Of a DNA stretch of 64,000 nucleotides, positions 1 to 9,391 are shown in pieces. Below the pieces are notes generated by a model, which ran no database searches, had not been told where the DNA came from, and saw nothing but the letters and a program-made list of their open reading frames with translations. Position 1 is the first letter of the stretch. Every line of letters starts with the position of its first letter. Made by a program: the position numbers and the translations under genes. Source of the stretch: Naegleria gruberi (taxonomy: Eukaryota); the NCBI GenBank assembly GCA_000004985.1, contig GG738915.1; one strand, written 5' to 3'.

Positions 1-1
1 A

Positions 2-3000
2 TTAAATATTTCATTTGCTACCTTGTTCGGAAGTGAAGTTGAGAGTGGAAAGACAATTGTCTTGTTGCAACAACCTTGCTTTTTTGGAGTGGTGAGATTA
101 ATTAAAAAGTATTGTTTGGGAAAGAGTTGGATTGATGTCATTACATTTGAGAATATTGATGAATTGTTGGAAAAGTTTAAAAATTTTCAAAGTGCTGCTT
201 CTGTAAATAGAATTGTAATTTATCTTTGCTCTAATTATCAACCAAATTCGGGAAATATTTTGAGTGAAGGGGAAAAATCTGACCTTTGTAATCTTGTTTC
301 GAAGAATATAATTGAAACGACCATCATTGAAGATAATCCATATGATTTTCTGTATGGCACCGAGAAGAGGCCTAGTACTCTTTTTGAAATACTTCCAGAG
401 AAAACAACTTTAATTGGCGGATTTTCCAAGATTCTTGCTCCAGGAATTCGTGTTGGTTATCTGATTACAAGAAATCAATCATTCAGTGGAAGATTGTACA
501 GAGAGAAGATTGATCAGGACTTGTTTACTTCTACACTGAGTCAGCAAGTTTGTGCCAATGCTTTGCAAGATGTATCGTACCTGTCAGAGTGGAGAGCGTT
601 CGTTCAAAAGAGGGTTCAATGTACTGTTAAATTATTAGAAGAAATATTTGGTGAGGAAAAGAGGAGTGGAAAGATTGAATGGACTAATATTGAAAGTGGA
701 ATTTTTGTCTATTTGAGGTTTTTCAATTCCAATCACGAAGGAGTTGCAAGTATCCAAAAATTACTTGAAATCTCCAAGAATGATTTTGAGCTAGAGTTAG
801 AACCAAGTGGATACTGCTACTTGGATGGATGCTCGAGATTGGAGACTCGCATTAATATTATGCTTTGCGAGAGTGAAGATATTTTAAGAGAGGGCCTGGA
901 AAGATTAAAGATTGCCTATCACAAGTGGACCATCTCTCCAAATGAAACAACCAGCATTCGTTCTATAAGCACTGAAGAAGAAAAACCTAATAAGCAAATA
1001 CTCAAGGTTGTTATCACCTCTGGAGGAACTGCTGTTCCAATCGATTCAGTCAGATATATCACTAACAGCTCTACAGGCACAACAGGAGCTTTAATTGCCG
1101 AGGAATTTGTAAAGAGGGGCCATTTAGTTTATTACATTCACAGCAAGAATGGAAAAGTTCCTTCGAAGAAATATCCAAACTTGATTTTACTTCCTTACTT
1201 TACCTTTGATGAGTATCTTGAAGTTCTAAAACAAACCACCATTGAATGTAATCCTGACGTCGTCATTTTGAGTGCAGCTGTTAGTGATTATGGTGTACAA
1301 CAAGCTCATGAGGGAAAGATTAGCTCTGATCTCGACACTCAAACCCTTACACTTGTCAAGTTGCCAAAGATTATTTCCTTGGTGAAACACTGGAATCCTA
1401 AAGTATTTCTTGTCGGATTCAAATTGCTTGCTGGAGCCACTACTGAAACACTTATTGATACAGCTTACAAATCTGGTATTAGAAATCATTGTAACCTCAC
1501 TGTTGCTAACACAACCACAAAGGATGACATGTCTAATTTCGGAAAGAGAATTATTACCATCATTACACCAGAGAAGAGCGTCATTTCCACATCAGTGAGA
1601 GATCTACCAAATGCATTGACTACTCATGTCGAAAAGAGAGTCTCCCACAAACACTACAAAACAATTGTTATTCCCTCTGATCACAAGGATTACATTAATT
1701 ATGAAAAAGTTATGGGCGAATCCATTCAGACCATGTTCTCCAACATCCAAAAAGGATATACTTTGGGATTATTTGATAGCTATTTTAAGGATGAAACAAT
1801 TTCAGATATGAATTCACATTTTGGATTTGTAGCAATGCGTGCCCCAGAACCATATAGTGGCTTCTTGATTACTTCCAGAGGAAGTGATAAAAGTCAACCA
1901 AGTATTAAGGATATTACCTACATTTCCAAAGTTGATTTCCAAGCAAGAACTTTGCATGTTCATTCAACTCATAGACAAAAGGCCTCTCTCAATGCTAATG
2001 TTGCTGGATGGTTATTTGAGAATAGACCGTTGGTTAATTTGATTTTACATGCTCACATCTTCCCAAGTTGTGATAACAAGACTGATTTTGACTATTCACC
2101 AGGTACTCAAGAGGATGTCGATGCTGTAGCTAGAAAAATGTCAAACAATGAAAAGATTGTGGAAATACCAGATCATGGTGTCATTTCAGTCTCTAACAGT
2201 TCAAGAATTGAAGAGGCTATTGATGCACTCGGAGAAGGACACGCCTATTTCAAGTTTGCTCACCTCTACGATATGATCTATGCAAGATTCCAAAAGTCTA
2301 CAGATTTAATCGATATCTTGGATAGAGAATTTGAAAATAAGGAAAAGGTCAAGGTCTTGGATTTGGCTTGTGGAACTGGTGAAGTTTCACGACTCATGTA
2401 CGAGAGAGGACTCAAGAATATTACATTCGCCGATCAGAGTGACAAAATGTTGAACTATGCCCACAAAAAATTCATTGATAATTTTGGAGAGGAGATTTCT
2501 AATGGAATTTCAAAACATGTTACTTCCATGCAAGATTTGAAAGTCAATAATGAAAAATTCGACCTGATTGTCATAAGACAGGCCATAAATTATGCAATGA
2601 ATTTGGAAGGATTGGAAATGATTGTTAAGAATTGCTATGAGCATTTAAATGATGGTGGAAAATTAATTTTCAACACTACAAACTTTAAATTGGATCAGGA
2701 AGGTAAATTTGCCAAGTTGAGGGAATTGAATTATGTTGCCACAGATGGACATGTTGGTATTGCTTCCACTTCAAGAAATGAGCAAGTTCCCTTCGATGTC
2801 TACATTAGGGAAGGTAACTTGTTGTATAGAGTGGATTCTGATAAGGGTGAGAGAAAGGAAATTCGAATGTTGGTTCACGCTCAACATTGCGTTGTCGAGA
2901 GAGTCATTGCAGAAAGTGGTGATAACTTTATATTTGATAGACATGTTCTCTTTGATCTCAACAAATTTGGCATGTTCACTCAACAGGAAATCACCACTGA

Positions 3001-3115
3001 ATTACTCAATGCTCAATTCAAACATGTGAAATGTCTTGGAAAGGGTCTAATTGAAATCAATGAGGAAAATTCTAACACCTCACCTTCCCTCTACTTTGTT
3101 GCCACTAAAAATTAA
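2..3115 (+). CDS. 5'-truncated multidomain fusion protein with four parts: fold-type I (ARO8/2-aminoadipate-like) aminotransferase C-part, CoaB/DFP-like (phosphopantothenoylcysteine synthetase fold) domain, class II aldolase/adducin-like domain, and SAM-dependent methyltransferase
   Basis: The frame is open to the window edge; there is no stop from nt 2, and the M at 23 in the ORF track is a TTG. Aminotransferase motifs at ~nt 2-930: QPNSG, EDNPYDF, GGFSKILAPGIRVGYL (PLP lysine context). CoaB/DFP signature at ~1000-1580: VVITSGGTAVPIDSVRYITNSSTGTTG ... ILSAAVSDY ... LVGFKL. Class II aldolase-like motifs at ~1820-2235: FLITSRGSDK ... LILHAHIFPS ... IPDHGVISV. Methyltransferase motif I and downstream at ~2350-2700: VLDLACGTGEVS ... 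LNDGGKLIF. Stop TAA at 3113-3115. No intron is needed. Confidence 0.75.
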   Translation, partial: LNISFATLFGSEVESGKTIVLLQQPCFFGVVRLIKKYCLGKSWIDVITFENIDELLEKFKNFQSAASVNRIVIYLCSNYQPNSGNILSEGEKSDLCNLVSKNIIETTIIEDNPYDFLYGTEKRPSTLFEILPEKTTLIGGFSKILAPGIRVGYLITRNQSFSGRLYREKIDQDLFTSTLSQQVCANALQDVSYLSEWRAFVQKRVQCTVKLLEEIFGEEKRSGKIEWTNIESGIFVYLRFFNSNHEGVASIQKLLEISKNDFELELEPSGYCYLDGCSRLETRINIMLCESEDILREGLERLKIAYHKWTISPNETTSIRSISTEEEKPNKQILKVVITSGGTAVPIDSVRYITNSSTGTTGALIAEEFVKRGHLVYYIHSKNGKVPSKKYPNLILLPYFTFDEYLEVLKQTTIECNPDVVILSAAVSDYGVQQAHEGKISSDLDTQTLTLVKLPKIISLVKHWNPKVFLVGFKLLAGATTETLIDTAYKSGIRNHCNLTVANTTTKDDMSNFGKRIITIITPEKSVISTSVRDLPNALTTHVEKRVSHKHYKTIVIPSDHKDYINYEKVMGESIQTMFSNIQKGYTLGLFDSYFKDETISDMNSHFGFVAMRAPEPYSGFLITSRGSDKSQPSIKDITYISKVDFQARTLHVHSTHRQKASLNANVAGWLFENRPLVNLILHAHIFPSCDNKTDFDYSPGTQEDVDAVARKMSNNEKIVEIPDHGVISVSNSSRIEEAIDALGEGHAYFKFAHLYDMIYARFQKSTDLIDILDREFENKEKVKVLDLACGTGEVSRLMYERGLKNITFADQSDKMLNYAHKKFIDNFGEEISNGISKHVTSMQDLKVNNEKFDLIVIRQAINYAMNLEGLEMIVKNCYEHLNDGGKLIFNTTNFKLDQEGKFAKLRELNYVATDGHVGIASTSRNEQVPFDVYIREGNLLYRVDSDKGERKEIRMLVHAQHCVVERVIAESGDNFIFDRHVLFDLNKFGMFTQQEITTELLNAQFKHVKCLGKGLIEINEENSNTSPSLYFVATKN

Positions 3116-3268
3116 GTAAACAAACTCTTCAAATTATTATTAAGGTTAATCTTTCCCGCCATTTCCTTGTTATCGTTTCTCAAATTTCTCAAATCAAAAA
3201 AAAAGAAAATTCTTCCATCGAAGCAATAAAACGTGAATTCACAATCGGTTTGTTAAGGTCAGAGCGAT

Positions 3269-4560
3269 ATGAGTGGAAAATCAATTTATTCGGGAGAAAT
3301 TGAGGATGGCTGTTTTCATGGCAAAGGAACCATGATCTATGCCAATCAAGAGAAATATGAAGTGAGTATATTGTTGTTCTACTCATTCATCATAACTATT
3401 ATAACTATTGATTATTAATATAATTTATCTTAATGCTTGTATTGCTTAGGGAGATTGGGTGAAAGGAAAAAAGCATGGTGTAGGAGCCTTTACCTATTCC
3501 GATGGTTCTTATTATGAAGGTAAGGAAATTTCTTCACCATCATCAATGCTTATTATTACATCAAATTATTATATTAAATAGGCGAATGGATAAATGATCA
3601 AATTAATGGAAAAGGAACATTCCTCTACGCCAATGGAAATCGATATGTTGGAGAGTGGGCCGATTCAGTAATTAGTGGACGAGGCGTTCTGTACTATTCC
3701 GATGGTGATCGATATGATGGAGAATTTAAGGAAGGAAGAATGAATGGTGAGGGAATTTATTGTTATGCTGAGGGAGATCGATATGAAGGATCGTTTGTGG
3801 ATGATCAAAGACATGGAAAGGGAATAATGAGTTATGCTGGAGAGAATGGATCAATCTTTGAACGATATGAAGGTAGAGTAGATGAATTCAATTCATGAAA
3901 CTAACCATGTTGATTTTCTAATAAGGCGATTGGGCATTTGGTAAAATGGAAGGCATTGGAAAGTACCTATATAGTGATGGAAGTATTTACGAGGGAGAGT
4001 GGAAAGATGGCAAAATGAATGGACAGGGTCTATATAAATTTCAAAATGGTAATAGATATGAAGGCGAGTTTGTTAATGATCAAAAGCATGGTAAGGGTAT
4101 TCTGAGGTATGCCAATGGAGAGGTCTATGAAGGAAGCTGGAAAACTGATAAGCCACATGGAATGGGTACACTGACCTACTCTCACGGTGACAAGTATGTT
4201 GGAGAATTTGTCAATGCCAAGAAACATGGAAAGGGATCACTGGTCTATAGAAATGGTGACATTTATGATGGAGAGTGGAAGAATGATCATGCCAATGGTT
4301 ATGGGGTTTTGGAGTATGCCAATGGATCGAGCTACGAGGGAAACTTTGTGGATGATAAGAAACATGGTCAGGCAATTGTTAGAAGTTCAGATGGAAGTAT
4401 TTTTGAGGGAACGTACGAGAATGGAAGAAAGGAAGGAGAAGGTGTTTTAACATTGCAAGATGGATCTGTATATAAGGGTGTTTGGAAAGATGGTCTAATT
4501 GTTGGTATGGGTTATTTTATACCTTCAGCTCAATCAATTTGGAGTAGTCCAGATGTGTAG
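3269..4560 (+). CDS. MORN-repeat protein, about 15 tandem MORN units (RSPH1/MORN-family-like)
   Basis: join(3269..3361,3450..3519,3582..3872,3926..4560). Donors and acceptors are GTGAGT..TAG, GTAAGG..TAG and GTAGAG..AAG. Phases 0/1/1 stay in frame. Total 1089 nt = 362 aa. The repeated unit Y-x-G-x-W/F-x-x-G/D-K-x-H/N-G-x-G runs throughout, e.g. YEGEWKDGKMNGQG and YEGEFVNDQKHGKG. Confidence 0.85.
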
Positions 4561-4566
4561 TTTGTG

Positions 4567-5082
4567 GAATTTCCGGGGGGAGATCTAGTGCTGACAAACC
4601 ACTGGAGGTCTGCCTGGCGGGAACACCATTTTTAGTCTCTACAGTGACGCTTTTGTAATTAAAAAAAATAATTTAAAAAATTGGATTGTTGTTGACTACT
4701 CCGCTCACAAACATAATTTCATTTAATTTGTTGATAGTTTTCTTGATACATCACATGAACAATATGTTTAACCACATTTTTACTTTTAAACAATTCTTTT
4801 CAGCTTCGGAAACTTATTTTAATTTCGTTGATAAGAATGACATTATAGTAAGAGAAAGTTTGTTTATTGGTTTAGTGCAGACAATTAGTATATCAGTATT
4901 TGATTCTACCAATTCCATCACATATGTGGGTTGACCATGTAATTAGGTTGTGACATTTTTTTTTAATAAATCTAATAATAATAGGGTTCATATTTAGGTG
5001 GTTAGAAAACTGTAGAGAACTAATATGTTAATAAGGAATAGAGTGGACCATAGACTGGAGATCTCCCCCCCCGGGAATTTCG
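4567..5082. repeat. GC-rich imperfect inverted repeat pair (~80-nt arms) around an AT-rich ~360-bp core; candidate non-autonomous MITE-like element or structured RNA locus
   Basis: The left arm starts GAATTTCC-G6-AGATCT (4567-4586). The reverse complement of the right end reads GAAATTCCC-G8-AGATCT (5061-5081). The inner ends also match: TTAGTCTCTACAG (4632-4644) versus the reverse complement of CTGTAGAGAACTAA (5010-5023), 13/14 with one indel. The middle of the arms is diverged. The element lies in the intergenic space after the MORN gene and has no credible internal ORF. Confidence 0.4.
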
Positions 5083-5443
5083 AATATTTTCTAACGAAAG
5101 ATAAAAGAATTGATGTTCACAATATGAGAAATGTTCTATTTTGAGAGATATAATCGCTGTTAGATCCTCAATACCACAAGAGTCAATTGTTTCTGGAGTT
5201 TTTTACTTCTTCAAGTCAGCAATCATCAAGAAAACAACAACACCTCATCGTAATATAATGCCATCTACAGCGAGAGATCCATCTCCCATTATGACACTTA
5301 ATGAACTCTCTGCCGTTGATGATAAAATGTACAACCCTCAACAAGACTACTCAATCTGTCATTTTCCCTCACTTTAAAAAAAAACTACGAAAACAACAAA
5401 ACCATTCAATAATTGGCCACTTAACCAAGAATTCTTTTTCAAA

Positions 5444-6946
5444 ATGGTCCTCAAGAATTTAATACCCTTCTTTAAGAGTGATAATAGCAACAATGATTCA
5501 CCTCCTCCCAACTCACCTACAACAACTATTCCACCAACAACTCAAATCTATCAGCCACCACCAACTCCAGAAAATAGACAACGAGATAATGATCAAATTG
5601 CAGCACTTGCATTGAGTCCAAGAAATCAACAAACTCAAAGACACTTTCGTTCTCCATCAATTTCCATTCCAACCACAAACAGCAACAATCAACAGCAACA
5701 ACCAACAAGTCCAACCAACACTTCTCCAACTACTAACAATACACGAAACAGAGCAATTAGTTCTCCTTTTTCATTCACCAGAAAGAGAGGAACCAGCAAT
5801 GTTTCGAATGGAAGTAATAACGGCAGTACAAGTCCTAGAGGCATTAATGGTGGTGCTTCATCTCCTCGTAATAGCCCTCAACAACCATCATCTCCAAGAA
5901 ACTTGGTGAGAGAACCAACAAGAGAAGAAAGAAGAAAGCAATTATTTAAAGAATTTGAAATGAAGAAAGTTGTCATTTATTCGAATTGTAAACGTTTGAG
6001 AGCTTTACTTGATGTTTTGATTGAAAGAGCTAAACCACATCAAGTTCAGAATGTTTCCTATGTTTTGGCACAAATGTCAGTTGTCGAAACGACTGGTTTA
6101 CCTCCAACCACTGAAAATGATCTTAAAGTTGTAAAGAGCGAATTGAATTCGATTAATCTGGAAATTTTCAGATTATCCTTGTTGATTTCTGAAAGCTACA
6201 AACAAGAAGTTTTACATCTGACAGGTGCCTCAACAATACATGACACGCGTTCACCAACAAGCATTGAAGATGAACAATTATTTGGAAATGTCAGCTGTGA
6301 ATCTGTCATTTTGAAAATAATTGGTAGAGAATTATCAGATCTTGAAAGAGATTTAGAAAGAATGCATCGTAGATGTAGAGGAAATAAGAAGAAACCTATT
6401 GAACAACCTATCCAACCTAAACGAAACAATTCCTTATTTGGAAGAAGAAGAGGAGCTTCTGCAATTGAAAGGCCAAGTAGTATGGTTCTTGGAAATCAAG
6501 ATTCAAAGAGAAGAAACTCTATGGAGTTTTATAGATCTTCAATAATTGATGAACTTGGTCAATCAGTGATGGAAAAAGTTATTGAGCGAGTTCAAAACAG
6601 TCAATTTAGAACTGTCACTAAAGAATTGCATATTGAACAGGGAATTTTAATGTTAATAGAGAAAAGATATGAAGAATTTGTGGATAAAATCAATAGATGT
6701 GACATTGACATTTATAATCCTGTCAGAATGTCAGATTTGAAATCTGAAACATTCTGGACAGATTTCCTCACGAAAAAGATGGCATTCACAGAGAATGAAT
6801 ATCAAAGTGCTCTTCAAAGTTTCTTAATTTCCAAGGAAACTGAAAATAAGAATCAAGAAGGTTCCTCGTCAATGGAAAATCAACTTTCGAATAGTAACTT
6901 TCAGATAGAGAATCGTTCTGAAGAAATTGACTTGTCTGTACAATAA
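5444..6946 (+). CDS. Hypothetical protein with an S/T/P/N/Q-rich N-terminal half and a helical C-terminal half
   Basis: Single 500-aa ORF with a true ATG at 5444 and a TAA stop. No family motif recognised. Its C-terminal half is collinear with the next gene (see findings). Confidence 0.6.
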   Translation: MVLKNLIPFFKSDNSNNDSPPPNSPTTTIPPTTQIYQPPPTPENRQRDNDQIAALALSPRNQQTQRHFRSPSISIPTTNSNNQQQQPTSPTNTSPTTNNTRNRAISSPFSFTRKRGTSNVSNGSNNGSTSPRGINGGASSPRNSPQQPSSPRNLVREPTREERRKQLFKEFEMKKVVIYSNCKRLRALLDVLIERAKPHQVQNVSYVLAQMSVVETTGLPPTTENDLKVVKSELNSINLEIFRLSLLISESYKQEVLHLTGASTIHDTRSPTSIEDEQLFGNVSCESVILKIIGRELSDLERDLERMHRRCRGNKKKPIEQPIQPKRNNSLFGRRRGASAIERPSSMVLGNQDSKRRNSMEFYRSSIIDELGQSVMEKVIERVQNSQFRTVTKELHIEQGILMLIEKRYEEFVDKINRCDIDIYNPVRMSDLKSETFWTDFLTKKMAFTENEYQSALQSFLISKETENKNQEGSSSMENQLSNSNFQIENRSEEIDLSVQ

Positions 6947-7680
6947 AAAATGTAAATTTTCTCTCTGTTTGAAATCAAAACTATTCGAAAAGCTAATATT
7001 TGAATATTTCAGTGCAATCTTTCGAATAGTATTGATCTGTCAATTTCTTACTCGAATATAACTGAAGTTGATTAATAGTAATTTAGTATTGAATCTAAAC
7101 TTATTATCTCTCAAATAACGGTGACATTAAACGCACATCATTATGATTAGTGACATACACCTTTAAAATTTACAAAAAATCACTTCACCCTAATCTCTCA
7201 CAATAAAAAAAATCCAAAAGCAAAACTCTGAAACGATCCTTAAATCAATGATGACACAAGTCAGCATCAATACAAGTCACTTGTCTCTCCCAAAAATTGA
7301 AACCTCCTTAATAAAATGAAATTCAAAATCTCCCGCCCTTTTCCCAAAGTATTCAACCTCACCTAACAATTGATATCTAAGGAATCTCTCTACTGAAAAA
7401 ATTAAAAAAAAAGGTCAACCGCGAAACCTGAAACTCTAGCCGTTCGTTGACGTTAGCTGCATCAAAAAAGAAGAGGCGACACCAAGAAGATTCATAACAT
7501 CGGATGATTGAATTGATTCAAAAACAGACAACCTTCAACAATTCATCCTTATCCGCTTGATCTTCCCAATTATCATCATTTGTAAATAATTTAATAAGAA
7601 AAAAGAATAAGAACAATACATTTAACTTCATCATCCAATTGAAGAAGAACATCAACAACAAGTATTCAATAACGAGTATT

Positions 7681-8661
7681 ATGATCATAATAAGTGGAAC
7701 GCGGGCAGATGATTTCGATCTGATACCCATGAGTCTCTCAGATAGTGGAGACACAACATCAATGAGGAGTTATGTTATTCAGAATCGAGCACTTCGTTCC
7801 AATTCTTTACAACCTTCATCACCCTCATCGTTTAGTCCTCAGTTTCCAAATAATCAAAGCAACTATTCAACTAATAGTACCACTTCGACAATGAGTGGTT
7901 CCAACTCAAATACATCTAAGAGAAATTCCTCACTTTCGCATCTGTGTTATTCGCAAGAGTTTGTGGAGAATCATTTGAAGAGTACAGCAGAGATGGCAAG
8001 TCAGTTTGAAATACGAAAAGTGCTCTTGATAGGTGCTTGTAGAATGTTTAAAGATTTTCTATTGAATTATAAGAAGGGCAAGTCAGATGATGTCACTGGT
8101 TTTATTCGAGTCAAGATTGAGTTTATTAGAACTGAATGTAAAAAGCTGTCCTTATTGGCAGAGACAATATATATAACTACTCCTTCTCATCACAGAAAAA
8201 TGGAGTGCTGTTGTAATGTCATTTCACAAATGGATATTATTAATGAGATTGTTGATAATCTCACTAAGATTGAACGAGATGCAGAGTGTCTTCACTCAAC
8301 CCTGAAACAGGGTGTTTCAAAGTCATTTCGGTCTAATTCTTTGGTATCGTTTTCGTATGATTTCCAAAGAGCTTCCACAGCACTGGAAGCTGTAGATGAA
8401 TTACCCTTAGAAAAAGGAATCACCCTGCTTCTCCTTAGAAGAAATCTCGAGAGGAGAACTAATCGAATGCTCACCAATACTCTCCTAGACCCAATCTCAA
8501 CCAAAGAAGACGAGCAAGCCGACAAGTTGTACCTGCAGGAAGAAATAGGACTCCTTCCCAAAGAATTTCAAACCACTCTTAATCGTTTCTACATGGCTCA
8601 ACGAGGTGGCTCTTTCTGTTCACTCACTGACTTGATTCCAGACGATTCCTTTGAAGATTAA
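7681..8661 (+). CDS. Hypothetical protein, divergent tandem paralogue of the 5444-6946 gene
   Basis: The ORF track starts at a TTG (7639); the first ATG in frame is 7681 (MIIISGTRADDF). Collinear similarity blocks to the upstream gene: EIRKVLLIGACRMFKDFLLNY vs EMKKVVIYSNCKRLRALLDVL, and TKIERDAECLH vs SDLERDLERMH. A further block is EKGITLLLLRRNLER vs EQGILMLIEKRYEEF. Confidence 0.55.
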   Translation: MIIISGTRADDFDLIPMSLSDSGDTTSMRSYVIQNRALRSNSLQPSSPSSFSPQFPNNQSNYSTNSTTSTMSGSNSNTSKRNSSLSHLCYSQEFVENHLKSTAEMASQFEIRKVLLIGACRMFKDFLLNYKKGKSDDVTGFIRVKIEFIRTECKKLSLLAETIYITTPSHHRKMECCCNVISQMDIINEIVDNLTKIERDAECLHSTLKQGVSKSFRSNSLVSFSYDFQRASTALEAVDELPLEKGITLLLLRRNLERRTNRMLTNTLLDPISTKEDEQADKLYLQEEIGLLPKEFQTTLNRFYMAQRGGSFCSLTDLIPDDSFED

Positions 8662-9391
8662 ATAAATTGCATTGCTCTTCAACTCTAATTAGAATCAAAA
8701 TTGTTAAATATCTAATCAACCCTGCATCATTTGAGGAGCAGCCCCCAAATATTACATGACCATTAGATTATAGTCCAATGAGCTTTGAGCCTTTCGCTCC
8801 ATAATATTGTTTTTACATATTTTTCTAAGGTTCCATTTCCAATTAGAAATCATATAGATACCATTTGGTAGCTTTGTTCTCCAAGCTAGAAATATTATTC
8901 AATTCCATGTGATAAAAAACATCGACAAGCAATACTGTTGGGCAGCAAAAAGAAGAAGAAACGAAGATTTTCTGTGAGAGCAAGTGTGTGCTTTGTGTGA
9001 CCATAATCTTCTCAACAATCTGAGAGAGAATTTTGGGAGTTCTCTTTGAATCATTCCTTTCCCAATTTAAACAAAAACAAAACCAAGAGTCGTGGACAAT
9101 CTTTTCAACAACAACAATACACAACTCCATCACCACAACAACAACAACCTGAGAAAGATTATTTCGGAATTAATTCGACCACAAACAAATAACAACAATT
9201 ACTCTAAGAAGTATAGTTTTATAACACATATACATCATCATTATCAATTTTTTGTACAGAACACAAAACTACATCATCATCACCAACATCATGATATTAT
9301 AAATAATAATAATAATTAAATCATCCGCATCAACCACTACCCAATATTATATACATCATCACATCATCACCAAGTAAATAAACACAACAAC

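Noticed and set aside
238-3029. Small sense and antisense ORFs nested in the fusion gene (238-429, 1226-1489, 1410-1598, 1626-1811, 2733-3029, 2771-2983). Similar nested 60-120-aa ORFs occur inside every large gene in the track.
   Set aside because: They lie in alternative frames of long motif-bearing ORFs. They have no recognisable motifs and often begin with TTG/GTG. Their number is what AT-rich, stop-poor antisense frames would produce by chance.
9092-9319. A 75-aa His/Asn-rich ORF (HHHNNNN...HHHHQHH) upstream of the 9392 gene.
   Set aside because: It is pure low-complexity CAT/CAC/AAT repeat sequence in the leader or promoter region of the next gene. There is no structured domain, and the ORF starts at a non-ATG codon.
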